From NCBI RefSeq assembly GCF_016433145.1, contig NC_058131.1, forward strand, positions 696,779,087-696,842,971: DNA of 63,885 bases. The letters are read 5' to 3'. Within the stretch, counting starts at the first letter, position 1. The number at the start of each line of letters is the position of its first letter. Source of the stretch: Gracilinanus agilis. Taxonomy: Eukaryota. Shown here piece by piece: positions 35,689-50,420 of this stretch. The position numbers and the translations under genes were made by a program. Under the pieces are notes generated by a model, which saw only the letters and a program-made list of their open reading frames with translations, had not been told where the DNA came from and did not search any database.

Positions 35689-37419
35689 AAAATAGTTGGT
35701 TACACCCACTTTCCCTTATTAATTAGGTATAGATTTGGGCAAATAACCTTTATTTATCTCACCTCTGAAATAAAATAGTTTTAAATTTCAGGAGAAAAAA
35801 ATATTTGTGGCTTTAGCAGTAAGGACAGTAGATGTGGGTAAGAAAGAGTATCAGTTTGTGACCCATGGCCATGGCTAGTGAAGATGATGTTTAAAATTGC
35901 CTGAGAGACTTGAGGATTGATTGGAATATCCAGGCCCCACTCTTTCACTCTGATCAATGATCTGAAAAACTTGTCCCACACTACACATAGCCAGCAAATA
36001 CTGAAAACACTTTGGGTAATTTGAAATCAGTTGTCTCATATTTCTGCATTTGACCCAGAAGCTTTCTTAGTTTCAAAACTATTATGGTATCCTTTGTTTC
36101 ATAATATGGAATTTAGTAGTGGAGTCTGGCCACATAATTAGTAATCTCTTTCTCTATCATTTGTATAGCTGTATGTGAGGCAGTGGAGAAAAGGGAAAAG
36201 GGCTGGGAATTTTATTGTCTCTCCTGCCAATGATTAGCCCTGACATTAGAGCCAGTTATGAGGTTGTGCCTAAATCATATCTTCAGGAAAATAGGATCAT
36301 TTCTGGCCAAGTAGGGCTATTGGATGAAATTAGAGGTTATTGACTTCATAAATGGGCCAGAGTATTTCCTTTTTCCAATTTCCTTTCTCTTCTAACTGTT
36401 GTAAATGGCAGCCATTGCCTGTGGTGGTCAACTGTATTTGTGACTCAACACTCAGAAGATGAAAAGAAAGGGTCATTAACCTATCTATTCAGTAAAGGTA
36501 TAATATCTGAGCAAAGGTTGAGAAGATGCCAATTTTGCTAACCACTGGAATATATCACAATTTGGGAAAGAGATGATTTTCTTTTTAATTCCAAAGTGTT
36601 TAAAAATAATCATAAAACTAATGGAAACATGTTTAGGTTAATTATTAGAGAGTTGCGCCTCCAATAGCATACATTGGATAGTGAGCCTACAATCAAAGAT
36701 ACAATTACCAAAAAAAAATACCTTTGGACCAAATTACTCCATTTTTGCACTACTGCTCTTTAGAAATGTAATCTCATGATTTATGCTACGAAAAGCTTTA
36801 ACTATTTGAAGATGTTAAAAAAAGTCTTAGCTTTTCAGTTTAATATTAGAGAAGTATGCAATGAGCAAAGAAGAAGATATAGGTAGGTCAAGACAAGACA
36901 GTGCTTTAGATAGAGGATCTATGTTGACATCAACTTATATCTTATAATGACCTTAAGAAGACCATCTTCCTCCCACTAATCCAGTTTTCATGTCCACAGA
37001 AACATTGATTATATCATGGAGCTACTAACAGTGACCATATGTGTTTGGGTCCATGTGTGTCTGTCTTGGCGTCTTTGGACACTGCTAACAGGCCTATCAA
37101 TTAAATGTTTACCAATGTGAAATGCTGTTCAGACAATATTTTCCAGCATTCAGGGACCATAGCCAAGTTTTTTAAGTCTTAAATGTTTTATAACTAAAAC
37201 CAAAGTTTATTTATTTTAGTGTAGCAATACAACTCAGGTTTCTGGAAAATAATAATCATGTGATAGTCTTAAAGTCTCATATGTAGACAATATCCATAAA
37301 ACATTTAAAAGAGGGTCAATTTGTTCCAGTGTAGAGAAAAGGAAGAGCTATAAGAAATTACTTAGCTCCAGACTTTGTCACAGACCTGTACTGTTCATTT
37401 AAAGAAAACACAGAGGTAA

Positions 37420-40255
37420 CCCATTGATAAAGTGTTCAGTGTTAAATATTTCCTGAAACTTTCTTATCTGATTTGAGTCTGTTGGTGTTCCAACTTTTCC
37501 TTTGTATTCCATGTTGGAATTCTTTATTCGCATTCTAATATCCTCTTCCTCCACTGCTTAGCTCTTCTCAGACCTCCTCTTATTGACCACACTCTTTTCC
37601 AGTTCCCATCTTGAACCTTTGGTAAAACAGTTCAGAAGTATTTTCCTCTGGAGTCCCTTGCCCCTTTATCCTATTGACAATCTTGCCCTTCCAACCCTCA
37701 TTCCTAGATGACTCTCGTTCTCTGCTACCTTTGCTATCACACATATGTGGTTAATGGAATCTGGAGACCATTTGGAAACTGTAGATTGTATTCACTACCA
37801 ATTCATGTTATAATATCTCAAAAGGAGCCTTGCTGTGGCAAGATGATCCTTTATACCTTCTTATCAATTTGCTATCCCACTTACTATAGAGACTTCTGCA
37901 AACTTTTTCATCTCTGCTCAAGAATCCCCTACCCATCAACCACAACCATCATCTGAGTATCAGTTTTCATGTTACACTAAAAAGAGGTGGCATTTGCCAA
38001 CAGGTCCTTCTGGCCACTGCTCATGACTTAGATACCTTCAGCCACTATTGTCCATACTCCAGTCTCATATGGAGAGTAGGTCTTCTTTTTGCCAAGGCAA
38101 ACCTATTTCTATGTACCAGGGAGCCATTGTATTCTATTTTTCCAGCAGATTCCTGCATCTCATTCCCAATATTTCATTTATATTCAATCTACTCACTCTT
38201 CTTGTCAACTGCTTAAAAATGTCCATATCTCTTTTATTCCCCCAAAACACTCACATGACCCAGTCTGCTGCAATAGCTAACAATCCATTTCTCTTTACCA
38301 TTTCATGGCTAACATCCTTAAGAAGGCCATCTATAATAGATGCCTCCACTTTCTTCCCAGCAATCTCTAATTAACTAAGCCCATGTTTGGTCTTGGGCCT
38401 CTTCATTCAATAGAGCTGCTCTCTCTCTTTGCAGTTACTAATCATATCCTAATTTACAAATATTCTCTTGATTCTTCTTTTTTTATCCCTCTATAGTCTT
38501 TGCCACTGCTGAATCAAATACTTCTTGATGCTCTTTTTTTTCTGCAAATTTTCATAACATTAGACTCTTTCAGTCCTCTTCCTACCTATTTTCACTTCAC
38601 TTCCTCAATGGTCACTGGTAGATCTTTTTATAGGTAGTAAACAATAATATCAGTTATCCTCCAAGGCTTTGTCTTAAGCCCTTTTCTCTTCTCCAACTAT
38701 TTTGTTGTTATTCAGTTATTTCAGTCATGTNNNNNNNNNNNNNNNNNNNNNNNNNNNNNNNNNNNNNNNNNNNNNNNNNNNNNNNNNNNNNNNNNNNNNN
38801 NNNNNNNNNNNNNNNNNNNNNNNNNNNNNNNNNNNNNNNNNNNNNNNNNNNNNNNNNNNNCTTAACGAAATCACAATATGATAGGGGAAACAATATGCAA
38901 ATGAATATGAGGCAACATGGGGGTGGCAGAAGAAGAAGAGAGAATGCCTATTTGGGAGATTTTGCAAAGCATATTGTCAGATTGGATATGGAGGAGGATG
39001 AGGGAGAATATGTTTTTGAGGATCCTGGAAGACTGGGAGGATGATGATGACCTTGAGAGTAAAAGAGGACTTTTGGAAGGGGGGGTAGTTAGGTTTAGGG
39101 GATAGAAATATTCAGTTTCAAATATGTTAAGTTTAAGGCATCTGTGGGGCATCTAGTTTGAGCTATTTGAAAGGTAACAAGATTAGTGGTAAACTGAGAG
39201 ATTAAGCCTGAAAACCAAGTTAGAGAATTGTCAGTTAAGAGATGAAAATTGAATCTTTGAAGCTGGTGAGATTACCAAATGAAGTCTTGAAAAGGGAGAA
39301 TGGAAGAGAGTCCAAATCAGAACCATGTATGAGAGCTGTGGTTAAAGGGCATACTCTGGAGGAAGATCTGGCAAAGGATGTAGTAGAATGGTCATATAGA
39401 TAGGAGCAGAACTCTAGAAAGAAGAGAGTGTCAGAGAAGAGGGTGACTAATGGTATCAGCAGGGGTCAAAAAGGATGAAGGTTGTGGACTAGGCCATTAG
39501 ATTTGTCAGTTATGAGATTATTGGGCAGGAAGGTAAAAGGGTAAAAAAATTGGTAACTTTTGATGAGGGCAGAAGGTAGATGTAGAATATTTAGAAGAGA
39601 GGGAGAGGAGATGAAGTGGAGGGAACTATTCTAGATGATCTCTTCTAGGAGTTTAGCCAAAAAAGGGCCAAAAGAGATATGGGATGATAATCTGTTGAGG
39701 ACATTGTCATCTTCTTTTTCCTTTAGATTCTCAATCCCTCCCTGCCTCTCAACACCCTTATTTCTATTCAATCTATTCCAAAGGCTGATTGATTCTGTCT
39801 TGGAATATATCTTCTATATGTTCCTTTCTCCCATTAAAAAATCACCTTCCTGATTCATGTCCTCCTCACATCATGCCTAGATTATTTTAGTAGTTTTCTA
39901 ATTGATCTCCTTGTCTTCTCTCACACCAATGTACTCCATTCTCTACTTGGCTTTCATATTGTAAAAAATATTGAAAGCCCTAACCTAGCTCGTAAGCTGA
40001 CCATCTGCCATCCTCCCACTCAAAAAATATGGAGGTGCTTTATTGCTTCCAGGATCAAATATAAAACCCTCACTTTGTATAGGAAACCTTTCTTCAGAAC
40101 ATAGTTCAAATGCCTTCCTTTAGTGAAACCTTATCCTATATCATATAGTTGCTTGCATATCATCTCCTCCACCTCATTTGCCAGAGATCTCCTTGAGAGA
40201 ATGATTATCATGGCCATTTTTATGCCTAGCACTTAATTCAGAGACAGAATTAACC
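37420..40255. mobile_element. Cluster of ancient L2 fragments (+ 37420-38700, - 38900-39630, + 39640-40255)
   Basis: Pyrimidine-rich L2 body and L2 3' terminus cctagcacttaattcagagacag...acaaatgct, with a purine-rich antisense block between them. Boundaries approximate. Confidence 0.6.
38731..38860. other. Assembly gap (130 N)
   Basis: N run. Confidence 1.
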
Positions 40256-40270
40256 TCACAAATGCTGGTT

Positions 40271-40467
40271 GGGGGAAGCTAGATGGCACAGTAGATTGAG
40301 AGCTAAGCTCAGAGATGGGAAGTTCTGAGTTTAATTCTGACTTCAGATACTTCCTAGATGAGTGACCCTGGGCAAGTCACTTAACTCCTATTGTGTATCA
40401 CTTACTGCTCTTCTGCCTTGGAACCAATACATAGTATTGATCTTAAGCAGAAAGTAAGGGTTTAAAA
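40271..40467 (+). mobile_element. Opossum-type SINE1
   Basis: gggggaagctagatggcacagtag...ggaaccaatacatagtattgatcttaagcagaaagtaagggtttaaaaaa; flanking aaatgct duplication. Confidence 0.82.
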
Positions 40468-42919
40468 AATGCTAAGTGACTTGTAGATTCAGCCTAAGGC
40501 ATTCCTTATCTGTAAAATGGGGCAGGGAGCTCAGAACAATGTGATAATAACCAAAGAAAGTCACACCTGTGCAGCACTTTACAAACCTTCATCTAAAGTC
40601 AGATTGGCCTCAGACTCTTGCTAGCTCTGTGAACCTGGGGAAATGTCTGTCTAACCCTGTTTCCTCAACTGTAAAATGAGATTCCTAATAGCACCTTCTT
40701 ATAAGGTTATTGGGAAAACCAAATGAGATAGTTATAAAACACTTAACAGAGAGGCTGGCACATGGTAGTTGCTGAATTAATACTGATTCCCTTCCCTCTG
40801 CTCCCACCCAGCATCAGATGGCACAGACATTTGCAAACATGGCGGGCAGAACCATAGTAAATAAGACAAAAGAAAAATGACTCAAGTTTATCCTTTGATT
40901 TAGATAATTCTCAGAGATGTGTTAGTAGGATGTGCCAATACTTTATTAAAGTCAGGAGGAAATCATACTATTTTGAGTAAATGTCAACCAAAACCACACT
41001 ACCTTTGATACATAATTGTATGTAGAATCAGCCTATCAATGACTGCAGATATGGAGAAATAGAACAATACTAATGATTCTGATTTTAGAATCTGAAGCCA
41101 TAACAGATATTGATGTAGGATGATTTATTTTTTCTTCAAAACAAGAGCTCATTCTCTTGAATCACAAGTTGTTCCAGGTAGAACAATGGTCCAAATTCTG
41201 TCTGTCATAAGGTGAAGGCATGGAATCATCTCTTTTAATTTAAGTGGTATGTCATTTCCTTGAGGTTTTCCTGAAGTTTGAATTTTGGTAACTAGAAATC
41301 AGAAAATAAATGTGAATGATTGTCAGGGCTGTTGTTGTATTATCAGTATTTTCTTTTTCTTATCAGATTTGATGGCACTTAGCAAAAGTCCCTGGATAAG
41401 TTGTTGTTCTCCATGAGCAATGGGAAGAGGAGATAAAATGAATTATTTTTATTGATAATTGATTAAAAGTATTTGAATGCAATCAATCTCTCCCTCTGTA
41501 GACTTATGACTGGCATCTTTAAGGTAAATGTTCAGGATGATGAGATTAATGATGTGCCCCTCATACTTTTCTGGCATGAGTTTGATCTCATCCTCTAGTT
41601 CTCTGTATTTTATAAGTTTTTGTTTCCATGGTGCTTGGAGATAAGGAATATTGCTAAATCTCTGAATAATTTTATTCTTATTACTTTCTAGGTCAGTGTT
41701 ACATCTGGGGTCCAGATATTAATGATGATATTTTAAGACATTTAAAAATAATATCTTAGGAATAATTATTCCAATCATTTTATTAATTGACTAGCTTATG
41801 AATAAAAGGAATTTTCACATATTCTGACTACTGCTACTGCTATGTCTTATTCTCTTTTCTTTATTACTACTTCTACTACTGCTACTTACTACTACTACTA
41901 CTCTGCATAGTATTCACCTAGAATTTTAACATTTGCAAAAATCCTTTCAAGTATCATATTTTCTTTCTATTGTAACTTTGTTAGGTAAATTCTATCATAA
42001 TCCCTATTTTACTGAGGGGGTAAACAGAGGCTGAGAGACATTATGTGATGAACCTAGGTTCCTACAGCTCTTAAGAAATCTTAAGATTTCAAATAATGAT
42101 TCTAGAATCTTCCTGAATTCCAGTCCATCGGTTCAATGAATTGTGGCATCTAGCAGTCACTAAGTTAATAGTCAGCTATCGATGTTGGTGAAAATTGACA
42201 CTAAAAAAGTAAACATGGAATTTTAAACATCTTCTGAGACACTTTGTATGCAGAGCTGATTCTAATGTTTTGACTACATCACCTGAGCAGTCCAGTAAAA
42301 AGATATGGGTGAACATATCCTCAAGTTGATTGAAATAGATATGCTTTGGCGAAAGGAGCACTTTCCCCCTAGATATTGTGCTACTCTTAGAATTTATATC
42401 TAGTCGCATCAAGGGTTGCATTAGTGGATTCTGATCCACAGTGTACACTGTTGGCAGACTACTGAGAAGCCATTTTTAAATGGCAAGTAAAATAGAGTTG
42501 AAGAAAACACCAAAAATGAGACTTGCTTTTATGAATATGATAGGAAAGGAAGTATGAAAAGATAAACTGTCTTCCAAAATAAGAGGCATCCTTTCAGGAG
42601 ACAATATCTGATGCATGCTTCTTAGTTCATTTCTCCAAGGAAGAGAGGAGCCAGAATTCTCCATGCAATGATAGAAAAATCAGGAGATACATGATGTGGG
42701 TTCCACATTTTCCTTAAATGAATGCAAATGATGGGATATCAAGAACTATTTGTAACCAGTGCTTACCTCATGGCCTGACATATAAGAGGTGCCTAATGAA
42801 TACATGTTACCTTAATGGCTTTGTAGGAAGACATGGCAAAGAATGAGAATGAATGGCAAAATTACTATCCAATAAAGGAAGATCATAAATTATTTTTAAT
42901 AAAAGTATTATTTTATCAT

Positions 42920-43090
42920 TTGGAATAGATACTAAATATTAGTTCCAAGGCATAAGAGTGGTGAGGATTAGACATTTGGGGTTAATTAACTTGCCCAGGG
43001 TCACATAACAAGGAAGTGTATGTGGCTAGATTTGAACCAAGGACCTCTTATCTCCAGGACTGGCTGCCTATCCACTGAGCCACCTAGCTA
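42920..43090 (-). mobile_element. Opossum-type SINE1 (degenerate)
   Basis: ttccaaggcataagagtggtgagg...tgcccagggtcaca...ccactgagccacctagc. Boundaries approximate. Confidence 0.7.
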
Positions 43091-43109
43091 ATAAACTATT
43101 TCTATAATT

Positions 43110-43314
43110 CAGTGATAGGCAAACTATGGCCTGCAGGCCAGATGTGGCCCCCTGAAATGTTCTATCCCTCCTGGAGACATTATTCCTAATGGGACGAATA
43201 CAATGAGTAGGATACAATACAATGAAACTTCGAAAGAGTTGCCTTAGAAACAGACTGACAGATGAGCATTTCCTTTCTTTTGCCCCCCCCCTTTAAAAAG
43301 TTTGCCCATCACTG
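43110..43314. mobile_element. hAT MITE, 205 bp
   Basis: TIRs cagtgataggcaaact / agtttgcccatcactg; TSD CTATAATT / CTATAATC. Shares the internal sequence gaatacaatgagtaggatacaatacaatgaaactt with 16041-16238. Confidence 0.88.
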
Positions 43315-46300
43315 CTATAATCCATAAACTATTTCTGTCGTTAGATAAGTAAGATTGCTCTCTGCATGTTTTCTCCTCCTCCTCCTCTTCCTCCTTTCTT
43401 CTCTTCTCTTCCCATTCTTCCTTTCCTTCTTATTTTTCTGACCTTTCCCATTTTCTCCTTTCTGTTATTTCTGGGACATTGTATGGAAAGCAGCAGTATC
43501 ATAGAATGGAAAGATCTTGGGAGCTGATGTCAGAAGTCCTGAATTCAAATCATAGCTCATTTCTTTACTGCTTGTGACCCTGGAGTGAGTTATTAAAAAT
43601 TCTCTGAGCTCTAATTCCCCATCAGTAACATGAGTGTTTTGACTATTTGTCTTTTTAAAGCCTTCTGATAGTCACGTTGATTTTCAACTCATGAATTACT
43701 GCTGTATCTTTTTATACCTCAAGTCAGGTACAATCAAATAGAAGCCAGTCTTGACCAAATCCTGTTTCTCTTACTGCCAATTGGAAAATATTTCTTCCAC
43801 TGTCAATCATTAACATACAACATCAATCTGTATTTGTACCTTGGGGTGGTCCAGTCTTAAGTCATCTTTTGATTTTTTTCTCCAAGGCTATGACAGATAC
43901 CTGTCTCCTTGGTAATCTTCATGGCCAGTTGGTCCCCACACTTGCATGTTCCCAGTTTTGGCACAGCTTTCTCTCTCTCTAGTATTTTTAACTCAGACAG
44001 AGCTTGAACTGTCCTCATGATATGGAGCCCACAGGCACATTTCTAAGCACCAGATAACCTTTATTCACATTCCTAACACCTCAAGTTAGAGCAATGAAAA
44101 GACCAGACTCTCATTCTTGAGATGTTGTTTCTAGGTGAGATGTCAACCGTGCAGTCCAGCATATACTTTCTGTCATACAGGCTACAACCAAACTGATCAA
44201 ATGGGAGCTGGCCTCATCACTTTGACTATCACATGAAGAAACCTGATCGTGGGACATTTAGACTGCCTCTTTGTGGTAGAGTAATTTGTGGCACCCTTTA
44301 GTAGCAGGTATCTTTGAATCAGGAGGTCACGTTCTGACAACTGTGACCTCAAGCACCAATTTAGTTTTTCCTTACTTCTTTGTTGATCTTTCTATCATTA
44401 TAACTATTTTCCCAAAACAAAGTGTCCTATGTCCTATGTCTTGAATATTTCAGCATCTTTCCTGAATTCCCATTATGTGTTTGACGAGTCCCTTCAGGCA
44501 ATAACCAACAGGTTTGATTTCAGCATATCTGCAGAACCAGGCAGCTGTGGATACCACTGGATTAGGACAGTGGAGAACAGGTTCAACTTTGAGGAGATAT
44601 TAGAGGGAATAAAGACAAAAAACTTTTCCATACTTATTTCTCCCAGGATGCTTTCCTTGGTGTCCCTGGGAAAACAGTTCAAGGAATGAATCAATCAGTA
44701 AACATTTATTAAGCACTTACTGTGTGCTAAGTTTTGGGAATACAAAAGGATACAAAGATACAGAGGCTCACCTGGAAGATTACCTTTAAACCTATTTTTG
44801 AAGAAAACAAAAGTATTATAAGAGATTGACATATAGAGGAAATGCATTCCAGGGATGCAGGATAGCTAGTGCAAAGTCATGGTGATGGGAACTAGAATGA
44901 TAACAACTGAGAAAAAGAAATATGAGGCTATTTTGACTGAGGTGAAGAGTGCAAGGAGGGAAATAATATATAATGATGTTGTAAAGGTAGTTTGGGGATA
45001 ATTCATGAAAAACTTTAAAAAACAACAGAAAACCTCATATTTTATCTTATAGCAGGACTTCTTTCATGGGACCCATAAACTTGAATGGGAAGAAAATGCA
45101 TCTTTATGTCAATAGCATCAGCTTCCTTAGTAAACAAATGTATCTTATTCTAATCATTTAAAAATCATTCTTATGATAAAAAGTCAATAGGCTTCACTAT
45201 CCTACCAAAGGAACCCATAAGACAAAACAAGTTAGGAATGAATGGATTAGAAGTAGTTCGAAGACATTAGAGATTTTTGTGTAGGAACATGACAAGGTGA
45301 GACCTCCACCTTGGGAAAATCAAAGTAACAGCCCTAGGGAGTAGGAATTGGAATGAAAGGAGATGAGGGAGGGAAAGCATTTAGGAGGGCTAATGTAATA
45401 TACTTAAATTGGATTTAAGTGAGGCAGAATTGTCCCTCATCATCAGTCTCACTCTATTCCAGTCACTGAAATGTGTATTGACTGACTGACTTAATTAGAT
45501 ATTTGGAGTAAGAGTGATCCCATGAAGAAGGATGTCACTTGGAGCTACCATAGCTCCTGGCATCTAAGATCTTATTTCCTACAACAGCTTTAGTACACCT
45601 TCCCCAGATTGGTCTCATCCTGTATTGTTGTTAGGTTGGCAATCAAGTGTCATGAACATTATCCTTCTTGGCCACCACAAACTTTGCCTTCCAGGAATTA
45701 TTAGGGATGAGAGGAAATGACCTAGAATAGAAGATGCCCCAGAGGATTGAAGTCATGGGTGTTTCTGGAAGATCTGGGGTCAATTCCCACCTCTCATATT
45801 TCTTAATTTTGATATTAAGCATCCCAACCCATTTCTTTCTACGTCACTTTTTTCTGCATAAAATGGGGATAATATTTCTTCTACTTTCCTTTCTGAAAAA
45901 TGGCAGGGAAATGACTTAAGAACAACAAAATACTACACAAGTGTTATTTATTATTGCTATCATTAACAAAGATAGGACTGGATTTATGACTTCATTGTCA
46001 TGGGGCTCTATGTGGGGAGGAATATCTCTCAACCGATGCAGGTAGACAACTTCTCTGCAAGCTGTAGTCTTATCCCAGGAGCAATGAGAAATGAAATGAC
46101 TTGATCTGTGTCCCACAGCCAATACATATCAGAGAAAGGCCTCAAAGTCACATCTTTCTGCCTCTAAGACCAGATCTCTAACCATCCTGCCATTTTCCCA
46201 CTGACTACAAACTCCAGCACAAAAACTTATGAAAGATAATTAGCATTTATCCATTGCTTGAAGGTTTGGAAAGGGCTTTAGGAATATTATTCCATTTTAT

Positions 46301-47689
46301 ACTCACAAAAGTCCTTGGAGGTAAGTTCTATTATTTCCATTTTACAGATAGAGAAGCTCAGGTAGACTTTCTCAGGGTCACAAAGCTCAAAAGAACTGCC
46401 TTCCTAACTCCAGCCCTAGTGCACTGTCCATGGTACCACCTAGGTGCTGGTAACAATGAAGTGACAATGAACAATGAGGACCAACTGTGTATTTACAGTA
46501 TAACCTTTCCCCCAGTTCAAGTCATTCCTGATCAAAGTCCTTAGAAAGGAGAATATCAGGCCTTGGAGAGAGGCTGAGATTCCCTAATTCTCCCAACTGA
46601 AACACGAATCTGAACTGGCATCAAGGAAAGGCATCAGACAGATCATCAGTTCTTGAGAGTTGATGGTCTTAGTCACATACTCTCAAATAGTCTTGGGCTT
46701 TCCATAGAGACATAGTTTTAGTTGTAGTAGCCTTAGACATAGTCATAGAAATCTTTTTATTTTTCTGTGGGAGAACCAGGAGGTCCCTATCTCTGCTGCC
46801 TTGATTAGCCATGCCTTACAGTGACAACTCTGACATGATCTTGTGGGCCATGCAGGGGACATATGCCGTTTGGCAGGTTATAATGTGAATACCCTATCTT
46901 GTCTCCTGATTACAAGGTGTTCAATCATCTTAATTTTATAAGAAAGAAAGACAAAGAAACAGAAATTTCTAAAAATGATCATCTGTGTGATTGCAATGAG
47001 GTTCTCAATATGTCTCCCAAGAAAAAGCCCGGCCTTCAGATTGATGTCCTGGTCCTCATTACCAGCAGGGGATATGATGAGACAGGGATGAAGCGTGCAT
47101 GAATTGTGTGTACATCAAATGTAATGAAATGCTTCCCAAACAGCTGTCTGATGATAAACAGCAGTTTGGCTTCCTGCTCTTGAGAAAGGCTTCCTGAGAC
47201 TTTGGCACTTACTTAAACAAGTAGCAGCCTGGGAGACTTTCAAGGTCAGTGAAACCTTAGGTGACTTGTTTGGAAGAGACTTGGCCTACAGCAGTTCCTA
47301 GTGGAAATGAAGCTTTTCTGAAGGATTTGGGTTATCCTTTTGTGTCTACAAGGGCACACATTTTGGCCTGGAAAAGGTGCTTCTTTGAGTGATGGCTCTG
47401 CTGGTTTTGACAGCTTCACAAATTCGCCAGATTCTCTCAGCAGCAAAACTCCTTTTAAGAGATAAGCTAAACCCTCGTAGGGAACCAGAGACATAATCCC
47501 TCCTGACCCATAGGTTAGGAATATGTAGATGTTCAAGAGAGAAAGAGTGAGAATGAGAGCAAAAGAGGAGAGAGACAGAGAGAGAAGGTAGAGACATGGA
47601 GATAGAGAAATTGCTAGAAAAAGAGAGGAGATGAGAAGAGAGACTGCAAAAGACATAGAAACAGAGAGAAAAAAGACACATAGAGAAGT

Positions 47690-47950
47690 ATTAAATAATA
47701 TTAGAAGCCATGATTTGTGTAGCACTTTAAGTATTTCAAAGCATTCCCCCCCACCCATTTTATCCTCATAATAACCCAGGAAAGTAGGTGCTATTATTAT
47801 CTTGATTTTACAGATGAGGAAAATAAGGTAGACAGAGGTTCAATAACTTGTCCGGGGACACACAGATAAAAGCATCTGAGGCTTGATTTGAACTCAGGCC
47901 TTTTTGACTCCAAGTATAGCGCTCTATCTCCTGGGCCATCTAGATGTGTT
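47690..47950 (-). mobile_element. MIR SINE (one of many; similar copies near 5270, 7390, 8560, 19150, 33390, 40560, 41960, 43490, 45960, 46240, 53960, 55560, 59200, 62700)
   Basis: CORE sequence attttacagatgaggaaa...aacttgtcc...cacacag...ggcttgatttgaactcagg. Confidence 0.8.
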
Positions 47951-50283
47951 AATGAAATAATAGAGCTGGAAAAGACCTTCAAACATATCTTATACAAAAA
48001 CCTCATTTCATAGAAAAACCAAGCTAATGCCCAAAAAGGAGATTCAATTTCACTAAAGATCTCATTATCTCTCTAACCGTAAGTCAATTCTGGAAAGAAT
48101 CAGACTCTTCGCTGCCTTGCTTCTGCTTTGGACTACACTGAAATGATGTGCCTAGTTGTGTTAAATTCCACATAAAAATATGTTCTTTGGTCACTTCATC
48201 CATTTAGCACAGATTCACTGTACTTGTCAGTAAAGGAAAGTTAGAATGGATAATATGAAGGTTTATGCCATCATAGAGCTTAGGACAGCCATCATGTATA
48301 CAAATGATATAATGGTATTAAGTAGGTACCTACAGTATGCATACTATAATATTAAATACCATAAAGAGAAAAGGAGTCCAAGATAAGCTGCTGCCCTCAA
48401 TTAACAGACAAGTTCATTAAAAAAAAAAAACACATTCGGCACCCACTGTAGGTAAGGAATTTTGACAGACATCCAGGAGACAAAGATAACTCCTACTCAA
48501 ACCCTGTCCTTCAGGATCTCCTGATTTAATGTGGGTAAAACAGTCACAGAAATAACTATGGTGCAGGAGAGGGGGTGCTGAGCTTAGTATAGAAGTGAGA
48601 TAAGGAGGAGCAGGGATGGCAGGAGGAGCCTTCCAGTGAGGAGGGAGCATCTTCACCTGTATTTCACCTCATTTGTGAATCTTCCTGGGCAGCAACTCTT
48701 TCAACGTTGAGGGTTTTTCTCAGATATTTCATCCTAGGATCCAAGCTACATGTAATTTGAATTCTTAAATAGTGCCTCAAGTATTCTGGCAATGGGCTCA
48801 TCATCAGGAAAACACAGAAAAATCCCAAACTCAGACCATAGTCTCTGTCAGGTGGGAATATGAGACCTCTAGTTCTGTTTTCCCTTCCTGTGGAATAGAG
48901 ACTTTCTTTGACCGCCTCCAGGCAAATGTGCAACAACTTGTGATGGCCAGTAGTCAAAGTCTAGGTTGACAGTTTTAATTGGCACTTTTCTGAAGGCTGC
49001 CCATTCTTTTGTTTTAATGAAGCCCATTGCTCCAGTTTGGTTTCTTTCATCTCTTTCCCTGACTCAGTTCATTAGAGCAATCAGGAAATGCCGATTACTA
49101 AGCATTACAAGCAATTTGTTCATTGGGACAATGCGATCGATTGCTAATTTTTAATAAAATGAATGTTCGTTTTCTTTCACATTGAGTGATTTGTGATTAA
49201 AAATGCTTGACAGAAATGAACAACTCCAAACTGATAAAAATAGGAGGACCTGGCATCTTAGCAGGGGAAAAAAACAATTCTTGTTGAGACCAGTAGATAT
49301 GTCAGATGGTGGACTCCAAACGGCAAGAAGTAGTCCTTTATATATAGCTGTGGGGCATACACAGAGCACTGTGTGTGCACATCAATATTCTCAAATTGAA
49401 CTTTTAATGAGAAGGCCCAGGGTGCATTGCAGAGATGGTGGGGAATCAAACGCAGAGCCAAAACACTCTTTTTCTGGGTTAGGATCAGCTGAGGGTTCAG
49501 CCAGATGATCACACAGATGCCAGAGCTTGATGCCTTTGGCATCACTTGTCACACAGCCACCCAGGATGGAGCTTGACCTCCTGGTGAGGGTCTCTGAGGT
49601 TAGAGATGTATAGTTTGATGCCAGCTGACACCCTGCTCCATGGCCGAGAGCTGTGACAGATTGGCCCATCCCATTGGCAAGTGACAATCCAGTAAGTGCT
49701 GTCAGAGCAAAGCCAAAGTCCAGATGCAACTCCATCAGAAATCTGGGATATTGGCTTCTGTCACCAGAAGCTCATCTTTCCTTAGCCCACAACACAAGAG
49801 GCAACATCCCAAAGACGTCCTTCACAGGGGGAAAAGCAACAATAGAGAGATGGATTTTGAATGTCATGACCCCTCACCTCGAGCTTAACTCTTTCTAAAC
49901 TAGGAAGCTCTATAAGTCCTCTTTCTGTACTGGATCTCAAAAGTCACCCTGTGCCTTCTCCTGACCAGGAAGAAACAGATAGCAAGTGATGCTAAAAAAT
50001 GGGTTTGTTTTCCATTCACTCATCCAAGGAATGTATGTAATTGTGTAGAAAGTTTGAAGGCAAAAGGAAAGGCTACGGCAGATGAGGAGATGGACAGCTA
50101 ACTTCATGGAAACTATGAACACACACTTGGACAGAATGTAAGAAACAACAGAGGATAAGAAGGGCCTGGTTTGCAACAGTACATGAGCTCATGAAGAGGA
50201 GTCAGACATGACTGAATGACTGGAAGAAAGACGAAGACTTGTTGAAGGGAGAACCATTTTGTAACCTTAAGAGACTTCCAGTC

Positions 50284-50420
50284 NNNNNNNNNNNNNNNNN
50301 NNNNNNNNNNNNNNNNNNNNNNNNNNNNNNNNNNNNNNNNNNNNNNNNNNNNNNNNNNNNNNNNNNNNNNNNNNNNNNNNNNNNNNNNNNNNNNNNNNNN
50401 NNNNNNNNNNNNNNNNNNNN
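50284..50420. other. Assembly gap (137 N)
   Basis: N run. Confidence 1.

Noticed and set aside
42424-42451. 14-bp palindrome ACAGTGTACACTGT next to a 6-bp hairpin
   Set aside because: A few 14-bp palindromes are expected by chance in 64 kb.
47246-47758. 170-aa hydrophobic minus-strand ORF resembling a membrane protein
   Set aside because: The hydrophobic stretch is the antisense translation of a GA-rich low-complexity tract and a MIR edge; no recognisable domain.
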